Assembly (NCBI GenBank): GCA_963737905.1
Contig: CAVTUQ010000040.1
Location: forward strand, 32,001-96,000
Reading direction: 5' to 3'
DNA from: an uncultured delta proteobacterium
GTDB taxonomy: Bacteria > Desulfobacterota > Binatia > UBA9968
Length of the DNA: 64,000 bases
The notes below the pieces were generated by a model. The model worked only from the letters and a program-made list of their open reading frames with translations. It was not told where the DNA came from and searched no databases. Made by a program: the position numbers and the translations under genes. This document shows positions 1 through 9,684 of this stretch, piece by piece (within the stretch, counting starts at the first letter, position 1; each line of letters begins with the position of its first letter).

Positions 1-1774
1 CTGGCGGCAGCTCTGCTCCTGCATCTTCTCCAACACCAACGGTACTGACCCGGGTTTTGCCAAGACAATCCATTGCGAGTTGCACAATTGCAAGGATGAG
101 GCATGGGGTACCGATAACCCACGGGAAGAGCCCCGCCCGATATCCGAAGTTTCTACTTTCCCACAATGCCCACGCTATGATCAAAACCAGGAACCCGCTG
201 AAGAGAATCGCTTTGACCGACCATTCTGCTGTTTTTTCTTCGATGACCGGAACCGGAGCCAAAACTTCTTTGACGGCTTGTCTATCTCTCTTTTGTATTT
301 TCTTCTTGACGAAGGGATAAAAGATCCCCACCAAAGTTAGTACAAACAAGATCAGCACGCCTGGCCGATAGATCCAATGATAGCCATAGTTATCCGTAGA
401 CAAGAACAGCCGATTTTCCATTACGGGTCCCAACACGAGCCCGAGAATGAGCGGGGGTCGTTGCCAGTCGAGTTTCTGCATGACCCAACCCAGCATTCCA
501 AACACCAAAAAAACTCCCAAGTCCTCAAAGGCATTCTTCTCAGCAAAGGTACCCAGATAAACCAAGAGCAAAATAAGCGGCATCAACAAGGTGACCCTAA
601 TTCTAGTGATCTTCGCGAGTTGCTTTAAGAACAGAAAACAGATCGCTACTGTGATCACATTGGATACGATGTTGATCCATACAAGGGAAAACGTGAGCGA
701 GAGATGGCCTTTGGGTTCAGGCACTAGCATGTCCGGTCCTGGAACTATGCCTTGAACGATAAAGGCTCCGAGCAGGATCGCCGTACTAACGCTTCCAGGA
801 ACACCGAAGGCAACCGTGGGTATCAACGCACCACCCAAGGTAGAGTTGTTGGCCGCTCCCGGGCCCAAGACTCCTTCAACGGCGCCCTTTCCGAAACGTT
901 CCTTGTCCGGGGAGCTTTGAACGGCGTGGGCGTAGGCGATCCACTGGCTAACCGCGCCCCCCATGCCTGGTATCAGACCGATGTAGGTTCCTATGGCGCT
1001 GCAGCGGATCACCATCCAAAAATGTGTGAATGTATCTCTCACGCCCTGCATGACTCCGCCAAATTCGCTCACCTCCTGTTTGGAAATGCTTGTTCCCACA
1101 ATCGCGAGATCAATGATTTCCGGTATGGCGAAAAGGCCGATGGTGACCGGAACCAATCCGATGCCGTCCCAGAGGAATAGTTGTCCGAAAGTGTATCGCT
1201 GAATCCCGGAGATCGGATCGAGACCGATGGTGGCGAGCAAGTACCCGAATCCGCCGGAAATTAGACCCTTAAGTAAATTCTCTCCGCTCAGTGATGCGAC
1301 GAACGCCACGCCAAGAAGAGCCAACATAAAGAACTCCGGAGAACCGAACGTGAGCACAAGTGGGCGCACAATCGGCACAGCTAGTGCTAGCGCGAATGCT
1401 CCGACAGCGGCACCGATGAGTGAACTCATGAGAGCCGCGCCAAGCGCCCGTCCAGCTTCCCCTTTTCTTGCCATGGGGTGACCATCAACAATCGTCGCGG
1501 CGGTCGTGGGTTCGCCGGGCACGCCAAAGAGGATAGAAGTAATATCGCCGGTGGTATTGGTGACCGCAGACATTCCGAGAAGAAAAGCAAATGCTTGAAT
1601 GGCGTTCATCTTGAATATGAACGGGAGCATGAGGGCGAGCGTTGTCGGACCGCCAAGACCGGGGAGAATCCCCACCACAAATCCCGCGGCGATTCCAACG
1701 AGCATTAGCAAAAAGGTCGACCCGATGAAGAGTTGGGTGAGGCCTGCCACAAAAGCATTTGCGATATCGAGCAT
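1..1774 (-). CDS. tctA: Tripartite tricarboxylate transporter permease TctA with a C-terminal TctB-like extension (runs off the window start)
   Basis: Manual translation from ATG at 1774 gives MLDIANAFVAGL...GILPGLGG...GVPGEPTTAATIVDGHPMARKGEAGRAL...ERFGKGAVEGVLGPGAANN, typical TctA motifs. The frame stays open to base 1 (about 591 codons) and continues into hydrophobic TctB-like helices (…RAGLFPWVIGTPCLILAIVQL…). It is absent from the ORF track, consistent with no stop in the window. Confidence 0.85.
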   Translation of the reverse strand, partial: MLDIANAFVAGLTQLFIGSTFLLMLVGIAAGFVVGILPGLGGPTTLALMLPFIFKMNAIQAFAFLLGMSAVTNTTGDITSILFGVPGEPTTAATIVDGHPMARKGEAGRALGAALMSSLIGAAVGAFALALAVPIVRPLVLTFGSPEFFMLALLGVAFVASLSGENLLKGLISGGFGYLLATIGLDPISGIQRYTFGQLFLWDGIGLVPVTIGLFAIPEIIDLAIVGTSISKQEVSEFGGVMQGVRDTFTHFWMVIRCSAIGTYIGLIPGMGGAVSQWIAYAHAVQSSPDKERFGKGAVEGVLGPGAANNSTLGGALIPTVAFGVPGSVSTAILLGAFIVQGIVPGPDMLVPEPKGHLSLTFSLVWINIVSNVITVAICFLFLKQLAKITRIRVTLLMPLILLLVYLGTFAEKNAFEDLGVFLVFGMLGWVMQKLDWQRPPLILGLVLGPVMENRLFLSTDNYGYHWIYRPGVLILFVLTLVGIFYPFVKKKIQKRDRQAVKEVLAPVPVIEEKTAEWSVKAILFSGFLVLIIAWALWESRNFGYRAGLFPWVIGTPCLILAIVQLAMDCLGKTRVSTVGVGEDAGAELPP

Positions 1775-2378
1775 CGTACTTCCTTTTTTTAGAGCTACCT
1801 CAAAAGTTGCTTGGCTATTCCTTATCAGGCATCCTTAAACTTCTTCCCAAACTGTAGGAATTGTTTACTGGCTGATAGGGATTGGTTTTGAGATTCAGCC
1901 ACTGTGAATCCAGAAATTGTTCGCGCCGACCGTCAGAAGACCCGCGTCCGATAACCAAAAATCCCAGAGCGGAGACCGAGTCGACCTCGCCCACAAATTG
2001 GAGGGGAGATTATTCGATAAGTTGGTCTTATGTCAACGTGAGAATGACTCTCGGTGGTGCAGACATATATAAAAAGAGGCGACAAGAAGCCCGGCAACAT
2101 CTTTGCCACATGCACCTCCATGTTCCTAAATCTAGATGTTCCTAAATAGATAGGAGCCGCGCTTGAGAAGTTTGATTTTAGCGTGTGCTCTCTCGGTGCA
2201 AGCATTGATGGTACGCTGCGTACAGGGATTGAGCAGGATGGGATTCTATCGGACACGCTACTTCTTCTTGTTGCGATCCTAAGCGCGGCCGTGATAAAGC
2301 GTGTCAATATTGAGAATCGTGTACCGCCAACAGGCCCAAGTGTTCGCGTTTCTTTTTCAGATCCACGAGGTTTTGGCG

Positions 2379-3395
2379 ATGAAGAGGAAGACTGATTCTC
2401 CGTGGCGTTTTATCACCGCCCGGATCGGTACGCCCATGCAGCGTAGCGTACCTATACTCCTCGTTTTGACGCTGGCGATCGTGGCGGCCACCGAGACACA
2501 CGCAGCGGCTCCACGGCCTTTGCGGATTGCATACCTGTTCACGTCAGGGACAATGGCGTCCATGTGGATGGCGAAGGAGACGGGAGGTTTCGCCAAAGAA
2601 GGGTTGGACGTCGAAATGATTTCGATGTCCTCGGTTCTCGCCCTGCCGGCGCTCATCGCCAACGAAGTCGATGTGATCCAAATCTCCGCAGTGCCACTGA
2701 TCAACGCGTCGCTGCGAGGCTCCGATGCGGTTTTCGTCGCGGGATTGCTCAACACAATGATCTGGGATTTATACGCCAGGCCGGAAATAAAGACCGCCGA
2801 GCAACTGAAAGGGAAAATCGTCGGCACGGAACGGCCTGGCAGCCCCGTTGCTTACGGCACACTGGTTGCGCTGCGCAAATTGGGACTCACGCCTAAAGAC
2901 GTTCAGCTTCGCATACTGGGCGGCAGTGCGCAGATCACTGCGGCACTACTGACCGGCCAGATTTCTGCCGGCGCCGCCGCGCCGCCAGTGAGTTTCCAGC
3001 TCGACCGGGCAGGATTTCATTCCTTGACTACTACGCTGGATCAGCCCTATCAAAACGTCGGCATCGTCGTCAGACGCGGTCGCATGGATGAATTGGCGGG
3101 CCGCCTGGTTTCTTTGTTGCGCTCGGTTCGCGCCGGGATCGACCGCTACTACAACGACAAAGCTTTCACGATGAAGGTCATCGCTAAATACACCAAGGAA
3201 AGCGATCCCGAGATTATCGACCGGACCTACGAATTTTATCGCAAAGCGGGTTTCAGGCGTGAACTGATGATTTCCGAGCCGGGAGTTCAGGGTATTTTGG
3301 ATTTTCTGTCGGAAGCCACACCAGAAGCAAAGAAAGCCGTGCCGGGACAATTCTTCGACGATCGCTTCGTCCGCCAGCTAAACAGCGGAAGATAG
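2379..3395 (+). CDS. ABC transporter substrate-binding protein, NMT1/THI5/SsuA-like
   Basis: Signal peptide (ILLVLTLAIVAATETHA); AKETGGFAKEGLDVE and IKTAEQLKGKIVG motifs; start at 2379 or 2436. Confidence 0.85.
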   Translation: MKRKTDSPWRFITARIGTPMQRSVPILLVLTLAIVAATETHAAAPRPLRIAYLFTSGTMASMWMAKETGGFAKEGLDVEMISMSSVLALPALIANEVDVIQISAVPLINASLRGSDAVFVAGLLNTMIWDLYARPEIKTAEQLKGKIVGTERPGSPVAYGTLVALRKLGLTPKDVQLRILGGSAQITAALLTGQISAGAAAPPVSFQLDRAGFHSLTTTLDQPYQNVGIVVRRGRMDELAGRLVSLLRSVRAGIDRYYNDKAFTMKVIAKYTKESDPEIIDRTYEFYRKAGFRRELMISEPGVQGILDFLSEATPEAKKAVPGQFFDDRFVRQLNSGR

Positions 3396-3419
3396 AAGAG
3401 TTGAGGTAAAGATAAGCGC

Positions 3420-3899
3420 GTGAATCGCGAGTTGACGGTTGTCTTGCACCAACTGATCCACGGCAGGATGATCGCCGCGCTCGGGACGCTGCATCAAGGG
3501 ACACCGTTCGTATCTATGGTGCCCTATGCGGTCGCAAGTGATGGCAGTTTTGTCTTGCATGTGAGCCGGCTTGCCGCTCATACCCAGGACATGCTTGATC
3601 GCTCTGATGTGAGCTTGCTCATCACCGAATCGGAAGCATCGGGAAAAATGCCGCAGGAGCTGGCTCGTGTGACCGTGCAGGGACGAGCGGAAAAGCTCGA
3701 CCGTGACTCCCAAAAACACATCGATGCGCGAGAGATCTATCTCTCGCGGTTCCCGGATGCAGCATCGCTATTTGAATTTTCGGATTTCAACATTTTCATC
3801 ATCAAACCGGTTTCAGCCCGTGTCATCGCCGGATTCGGCCGAGCTGTCACTATAACCGGTGATGATTTAGCGATGTCTCCATCAGGCCAATTGAAATAG
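3420..3899 (+). CDS. Pyridoxamine 5'-phosphate oxidase-like / HugZ-HutZ family FMN-binding protein
   Basis: ALGTLHQGTPFVSMVPYA...LHVSRLAAHTQ...VSLLI...RVTVQGRA...YLSRFPDA...FSDF split-barrel pattern. Confidence 0.8.
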   Translation: MNRELTVVLHQLIHGRMIAALGTLHQGTPFVSMVPYAVASDGSFVLHVSRLAAHTQDMLDRSDVSLLITESEASGKMPQELARVTVQGRAEKLDRDSQKHIDAREIYLSRFPDAASLFEFSDFNIFIIKPVSARVIAGFGRAVTITGDDLAMSPSGQLK

Positions 3900-4022
3900 G
3901 TCTCTGAAGCGACTTGGGTCTCCGACCTTGTAAACGTTGCTTAATTTCACCAACGGGGATATTTTTGCATCACTCACCGAGGAAATTGGCATAAGCTTCG
4001 AGTCCAAGAAAAGGAGCGAACC

Positions 4023-4487
4023 ATGGCGCGAATTTCGCTCAAGGTTAACGGTAAAACGCAGATCGTGGATGTCGATCCGGAAACGCCGCTGCTCTATGTA
4101 TTGCGCGACGACTTGCAGCTCAACGGCCCCAAATTCGGCTGCGGCCTCGCCCAGTGCGGCGCTTGCACGGTGATCATGAACGGCAACGCGATTCGCTCCT
4201 GCGTGACTCTGGTTTCGGCCGCACAGAATCAGCCGGTGACGACTCTGGAAGGGTTAGGGTCCACCAAAAAGATGCATAAGATCCAGCAGGCTTTCGTCGA
4301 TGAACAGGCGCTGCAGTGCGGTTACTGCATCAACGGCATGATCATGACGAGTAAGGCGTTACTGGATAAGAATCCCAAGCCCACCGATAGTCAGATCAAG
4401 GAAGCTTTAGCCGGAAACCTTTGTCGCTGCGGCACGCATACGCGCATTTTACGCGCGGTGAAGCGGGCATCGGGACAGCAGGTTTGA
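4023..4487 (+). CDS. (2Fe-2S)-binding small subunit of a xanthine-oxidase-family Mo-hydroxylase (IorA-like)
   Basis: KFGCGLAQCGACTV and QCGYC...NLCRCGT ferredoxin motifs. Confidence 0.95.
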   Translation: MARISLKVNGKTQIVDVDPETPLLYVLRDDLQLNGPKFGCGLAQCGACTVIMNGNAIRSCVTLVSAAQNQPVTTLEGLGSTKKMHKIQQAFVDEQALQCGYCINGMIMTSKALLDKNPKPTDSQIKEALAGNLCRCGTHTRILRAVKRASGQQV

Positions 4488-4501
4488 GAGGAGGAACCGA
4501 G

Positions 4502-6793
4502 ATGAAGACGGCGGAACTTTCGCGTAGGCAGTTTCTCAAGTCCACCGGCGCGCTGGTTGTCAGTTTCAATCTCTTTCCCCCGGCAGCCGATCTCTTTGCG
4601 CAAGCGACGGCGAGCGGAGAGCCCGATCCCACCCAGCTCGATTCCTGGATCGCTATACGCGAGGACGGGACGATAACCGTTTTTACCAGCAAAGTAGAAC
4701 TCGGTACCGGCATTGAAACCGCGCTGGCACAGATCGCGGCCGAAGAATTGGATGTTTCTTGGAGAAAAATCAAAGTCGATATGGGTGATACCGAAAAGAC
4801 CATCGACCAAGCGACAACCTCCGGCAGCCGCACCATCGAGCGCGCCGGACCGCAGATACGTCAGGCGGCCGCAGCAGCGCGCAAAGAGCTTTTGCGCCTG
4901 GCGTCGGAAAAGCTCGGCGCTCCTGCCGAGAAGCTCACCGTTCGAGACGGAGTGGTCGGCGTCACCGGCAATCCGTCTAAACGGATATCCTACGCGCAGT
5001 TGGTCGGCGGCAAGCGCTTCAATGTGACCATCCAAGCTCAGGGGAGGGCCGGTGAGCTCAAATTAGCCCAGGACGTCAAGCCTAAGGACCCGAAGGAATA
5101 CACTATTGTCGGGAAACCTGTGCCGCGCTTTGATCTACCGCCTAAAGTGACCGGTGAGGCAGTCTACGTCCACGACGTTCGCATTCCTGGTATGCTGCAC
5201 GGACGGGTGGTTCGGCCCCCGGTCGTAAACACCGAACCGACCACTATCGATCAAGGCTCCGTCCGCGGTATTCCCGGTGTAGTTATGGTCGTTCGCGAGG
5301 GAAAATTCGTTGGGGTCGTGGCAAAAACCGAAGCGGCCGCAATCAAAGCTTCACAGGCTCTCAAGGTAACGTGGTCAACCCCAAAGACCAAGATCCCCGC
5401 GAACACCGAAGAGCTGTATGCTTACTTGAAGAACACGAAGAGCTTTACCACATTGAGGGCGGCCGACAAAGGGAATCCAACGGCTGCACTGGCGAAGGCC
5501 AAGAAACAATACGAAGCCAGTTTCCGCTGGCCGTTCCAGATGCACGGCATGATCGGCCCGTCATGCGCAGTGGCCGACGTGCGTGGAGATAAAGCCACGA
5601 TTTGGTCGGGTTGCCAGGGACCTTTCCGGACCCGCGCATCCATCGCGACGCTCCTGAATATTCCGGAAAGAAACGTCCGCGTGATCTATCACGAAGCCTC
5701 CGGGTCCTATGGTCGTATGAGCAGCGACGATGGAGCCGAAGATGCCGCGCTTCTATCCCGAGCGGTGAGCGCGCCCGTGCGTGTGCAGTGGTCGCGCCAG
5801 GACGAACACGGCTGGGAACCCAAGGGCCCCGCGCAAACACAGATTTTGAAAGCCGGTGTCGATGATAAAGGTAAAATCATCGCCTGGGAGTTCACCGACT
5901 ACAGTTTTCCTTGGACCGTCTCTTCGATCACAACGCTGCTTGCATCAGAGCAAATCGGGATTAAATCAAAGACGCAAGGGTCGGGTAACGGGAACCAGGG
6001 GGGCGGCGAAATCTACGCTTTCGAAAATTCGAAGATCATCGCAGAAGAGATTCCCTGGCTCCAGCCGGAACCGTTTCCCTTGAGAACCAGCAATCTGCGC
6101 GCGCCGGGACAACTATCACGCTGCTTCGCCAGCGAAACACTCCTGAATGAAATCGCGTCGGACTTGGGCGTCGACCCGGTGGAATTCCGCTTGCGGTACC
6201 TGACCGGAGATCAGCGCGGCAGCGATGTCCTTAAGGCGGTGGCCGCAAAAGTTCAGTGGCAGAGGCGCCCCTCCCCTACTGCTACTTCGACCGAAGCGAT
6301 AGCGATCGGCAGAGGAATCGCAATGACACGGCGCACCGGTGGTTATGCTGCGACGGTGGCCGACGTTGAAGTTAACAAGTCCACGGGCAAGGTCACGGTT
6401 CAACGGGTTACCCTTGCTCATGACTGCGGCTTGATTGTTAACCCGGACGGCGTCAAGAACCAGGTCGAAGGAAACATTGTCCAAGGAGTTAGCCGCGCGC
6501 TATTTGAAGAAGTGGACTTTGACGCCTCAGGGGTCAGGAGCCTGGATTGGAACAGTTATCCGATCCTGAAGTTCCCCGATCTTCCAGAGCTCGATATCGT
6601 GCTGATCAATCGACCAGACGTGGCTTCGTTAGGCGCGGGCGAGCTGTCAACCGTTCCAATTCCGGCGGCCATTGCCAACGCAATCTTCGACGCGACCGGG
6701 ATTCGCCTCCGTGAAGTGCCATTCACGCCCAAACGGATTTTAGCGGGGCTTCAGCAGCAACCCATGACTTGTTTGAGTGGAAGTGGCAGCTAA
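4502..6793 (+). CDS. Molybdopterin-binding large subunit (IorB / nicotinate dehydrogenase B-like), Tat-exported
   Basis: SRRQFLK twin-arginine motif; KVELGTGIETALAQIAAEEL, DCGLIVNPDGVKNQVEG and GAGE motifs; RBS GAGGAGG before ATG 4502. Confidence 0.9.
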   Translation: MKTAELSRRQFLKSTGALVVSFNLFPPAADLFAQATASGEPDPTQLDSWIAIREDGTITVFTSKVELGTGIETALAQIAAEELDVSWRKIKVDMGDTEKTIDQATTSGSRTIERAGPQIRQAAAAARKELLRLASEKLGAPAEKLTVRDGVVGVTGNPSKRISYAQLVGGKRFNVTIQAQGRAGELKLAQDVKPKDPKEYTIVGKPVPRFDLPPKVTGEAVYVHDVRIPGMLHGRVVRPPVVNTEPTTIDQGSVRGIPGVVMVVREGKFVGVVAKTEAAAIKASQALKVTWSTPKTKIPANTEELYAYLKNTKSFTTLRAADKGNPTAALAKAKKQYEASFRWPFQMHGMIGPSCAVADVRGDKATIWSGCQGPFRTRASIATLLNIPERNVRVIYHEASGSYGRMSSDDGAEDAALLSRAVSAPVRVQWSRQDEHGWEPKGPAQTQILKAGVDDKGKIIAWEFTDYSFPWTVSSITTLLASEQIGIKSKTQGSGNGNQGGGEIYAFENSKIIAEEIPWLQPEPFPLRTSNLRAPGQLSRCFASETLLNEIASDLGVDPVEFRLRYLTGDQRGSDVLKAVAAKVQWQRRPSPTATSTEAIAIGRGIAMTRRTGGYAATVADVEVNKSTGKVTVQRVTLAHDCGLIVNPDGVKNQVEGNIVQGVSRALFEEVDFDASGVRSLDWNSYPILKFPDLPELDIVLINRPDVASLGAGELSTVPIPAAIANAIFDATGIRLREVPFTPKRILAGLQQQPMTCLSGSGS

Positions 6794-6813
6794 ATTGCAC
6801 GACCGCGGCGCGC

Positions 6814-7803
6814 TTAAAGATAACCTCTCTCCCGATAGTACCGTTCCGCCCCCGGATGCAGTGGGAAATCGAGCGGCCCCGCTTCGGTGCTCGTGCAGAG
6901 CGATTTCATCGAAGGGATTTCCGCCGCATCGTAAGGAATCTCTTCACGAATCTTCTCCAGCACTCCGGCAATATGATAGGCCAGATCATCGGGAAATTTT
7001 TCGTGCACCACGATGGGCCAGCCGCTAAAGTCCACGACAGTCGTCGGATCGTCGATTCCGGCAACTCTGCCATGATCCAGGCGTGCCCGCTGAAAACCGT
7101 AGTGCTCGAGCTTCTGCAGGACTTTTTCAGAGTACGATAGAAAGACCATTCCGTTTTCCACCGCCACATCGCCCCAGGAATCCATCCCCTCGTCGATAAC
7201 CATGTGAACGTCGCCGGATATGATTCCCTCTCTTCGGTGGGGATTGCTCGGCCGCACGACTTCATCCACGGTTCCGCCCCACTCGATAAAATCCTTCTGC
7301 GAGATGCCATGGGCTTTCAGCAAGAATTTAATGGCGAAATCGACGCAGTCGTTGACCGCGATCGAGACGTTCATCTTCGGGCGTTTCTCGATCAGCTCCT
7401 CCATGGTCCGCACGCCGAGTTTCGGCGAAACCGCGATGACCAGACGATCCCAAGAGGGAAAGACCGCCAGCGCGCGGAGCGGATATTTTCGCCGGAACGG
7501 TCCTTTACCGTTATAAGCCATCGTTGGGATAATCGACGGATTGAGCCATACCAGGTCGAGCTTTCCTGTTCCCACGAGCTTCGCGCCGTTCACTCCGCTG
7601 CACCAGGCGGGGCTCACGCCGATCGTGAACGGATACGGCGGACCCGAATGCGCTGCGCCGCCAGGCAACTCGACCATGAGACGAATGGCACTGGTCAGCA
7701 TAGTGGGGACGTCTTCGTAGAGGCCAGACAGAATCTTCGTTGCAATCCGCGCCCGCATCAAGCTGGCGCTCATCGGCTTCACGCTGCGATCATCGTAGCT
7801 CAC
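6814..7803 (-). CDS. TAXI-family (TRAP solute receptor-like) protein lacking a signal peptide
   Basis: LRALAVFPSWD, DFSGWP and C-terminal PLHPGAERYYRERGYL TAXI signature; paralog of 31468-32430. Confidence 0.75.
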   Translation of the reverse strand: MSYDDRSVKPMSASLMRARIATKILSGLYEDVPTMLTSAIRLMVELPGGAAHSGPPYPFTIGVSPAWCSGVNGAKLVGTGKLDLVWLNPSIIPTMAYNGKGPFRRKYPLRALAVFPSWDRLVIAVSPKLGVRTMEELIEKRPKMNVSIAVNDCVDFAIKFLLKAHGISQKDFIEWGGTVDEVVRPSNPHRREGIISGDVHMVIDEGMDSWGDVAVENGMVFLSYSEKVLQKLEHYGFQRARLDHGRVAGIDDPTTVVDFSGWPIVVHEKFPDDLAYHIAGVLEKIREEIPYDAAEIPSMKSLCTSTEAGPLDFPLHPGAERYYRERGYL

Positions 7804-8031
7804 GTCAGTTTCTTCCCTTCACAAGATTGTGGTGAGCCCAGAGCTAGTCTGAAAAGTTTCTACTGTCAACCTCTGGCGCCATCCGGCTTCGAGGACTGCT
7901 GCCCTATCAATCTTCAAGTTCGACTTCGTCGCTGCTGTTTCTTGTTTCCTTGCCGATTCCTTTTCTATCGGCGGCGGACAGGCTATAAACTGCGATTGTT
8001 TTATGTAAGCCGTCGGAAGGAGAACCAATCA

Positions 8032-9240
8032 ATTCGTATCTTCGACTCCCTGCGCTACCGAGACTACGCGCTTTTCTGGTCCATGGATTTGTTCGGCTCC
8101 ATAGGTCATTTTGTCCAGGAGGTTGCGCTCTATTGGATCGCTTACGAAATCACCGGATCCGCGATGGCATTGGGAATCCTTGGGCTGTGCGGCGCGCTCC
8201 CCCGTTTGATATTCGGCGCGCTCGGAGGCGTGCTGGTGGACCGTTACGACCGCAAGCGACTGCTGGTCCTGATTCAATTTTTCTCCGCCGTTCCGATGTT
8301 CATTTTCATCGCCGTCTACGCTTTTGGAGTCCTCGAGTTTTGGCACCTCCTCGCTCTGGAGATTCTCTCCGGTTCGATCCGCGCCGTAAACCCCTCCGCC
8401 GCCCAATCGATTATCTCTGAGCTGGTACCGCGTGCGGATTTGCTGAATGCTGTTTCGCTCTACACGGTGGGCTTTAATTTAGCCCGCATCATGGGTCCAT
8501 CTCTGGGAGGCGTTCTGGTTCTGTGGATCGGCATCGGTGGTTGTTACGCCGCCTTTGCAGCAAGCCTCGTTGTTTCCGGAATCGGAATGACGCTTATTCG
8601 GTCGAACAGCCAAAGAGGGGTTAATCTGGAACAGAACTTCTTGCGTGAATTCAAGGAAGGCTTCCAATACGTTTGGGCTTCGCCCGTGATCTTGAGCAGC
8701 ATCATCGCGGCTTACACCTTCGCTGTTTTTATCGTCACTTACCAGGGATTTCTGCCGGTCTTCGCCAAAGAGGTTTTGGAGGTCGGACCTGAAGGGCTGG
8801 GATTGCTGATGGCGGCGCCGGGTATCGGGGGCATCGCATCCTTGACTTTCCTAGCCTCGGCGGGAGAGCGATGGAACCGGGCGAAGCTCTTGTGGATCAC
8901 GACGACAGTTACGCCGATTTTTCTCATCCTCTTTTGCGCGTCGCCGGATTTTTCGCTTTCCGTGGTTCTGCTCGCTGTGGTGGGAGCGGGACAGGTCAGT
9001 TTTCGCACCATCAGCCGCGTGATCATTCAGATCGAGGCGCCGCGGGATCTTCTCGGGCGGGCAATGAGCGTATTCAATATGGATCAGGGAATGCGCTCCC
9101 TGGGTTCCATCGTCATGGGCGCCTTCGCAACGATCTTTGGCGCCTCCCTCGGTATCGCACTCACCGCTGGAATCTCGTTGATCGTCACCACGGTGCTTTT
9201 TTACCGCTTGCTGGGGAAGGGGCGCAGAGGAATCGCTTGA
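8032..9240 (+). CDS. MFS transporter (DHA3/EntS-like)
   Basis: 12 TM segments, GVLVDRYDRKRLL motif A. Likely start just after RBS AGGAG (8018) at ATT 8032 ((M)RIFDSLRYRDYALFW). The upstream part of ORF 7204..9240 is antisense to the TAXI gene. Confidence 0.85.
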   Translation: MRIFDSLRYRDYALFWSMDLFGSIGHFVQEVALYWIAYEITGSAMALGILGLCGALPRLIFGALGGVLVDRYDRKRLLVLIQFFSAVPMFIFIAVYAFGVLEFWHLLALEILSGSIRAVNPSAAQSIISELVPRADLLNAVSLYTVGFNLARIMGPSLGGVLVLWIGIGGCYAAFAASLVVSGIGMTLIRSNSQRGVNLEQNFLREFKEGFQYVWASPVILSSIIAAYTFAVFIVTYQGFLPVFAKEVLEVGPEGLGLLMAAPGIGGIASLTFLASAGERWNRAKLLWITTTVTPIFLILFCASPDFSLSVVLLAVVGAGQVSFRTISRVIIQIEAPRDLLGRAMSVFNMDQGMRSLGSIVMGAFATIFGASLGIALTAGISLIVTTVLFYRLLGKGRRGIA

Positions 9241-9463
9241 TTGCATCCAAGGTGCCTCACAAGCTCGTACTGTTCGCCTGAAAAAGCGCCAAGAGATATG
9301 GTCTTCGGAACTTTACCGCAGCAGACCAAGGTCCCTTAGACGGGCCTCTCTCTCAATAGTTTCTCCGCCATTATGTGCGGGGTTGTATCAACTGGTTTCT
9401 CCGGTATCGTTAGCTGTGAGTTGCAAGGCGCGGATGGACGTTTCAACTGGTTCCAATTGATCT

Positions 9464-9679
9464 ATGTCGGCGGCAGTCGATGCACCGAGCTTTCGAGAGA
9501 TTACCGACAAGCGGATTCGCCGCGGCAGTTTCCACCGCGTCCCGGAATTCATTGCGGCGATCGAAGACTACCTGAAATCTCACAACCAAAACCCTCGCGT
9601 TTTCGTTTGGAAAGCTTCAGCCGATAGCATCATGACCAAAATCGCCAAATGTAAAGAAGCGTTGGGGACACGACACTAG
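9464..9679 (+). mobile_element. IS630-family transposase C-terminal remnant with terminal repeat
   Basis: FREITDKRIRRGSF...AAIEDYL..HNQNPRVFVWKASADSI is the IS630 C-terminus; ends in GGGACACGACACTAG (TA end). Confidence 0.8.
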
Positions 9680-9684
9680 GGAGT

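Noticed and set aside
57-1838. Plus-strand ORFs in the first 1.8 kb
   Set aside because: Shadows of the minus-strand tctA.
7204-8031. N-terminal 276 aa of the 678-aa ORF
   Set aside because: Antisense shadow of the TAXI gene; MFS similarity begins only at about 8032.
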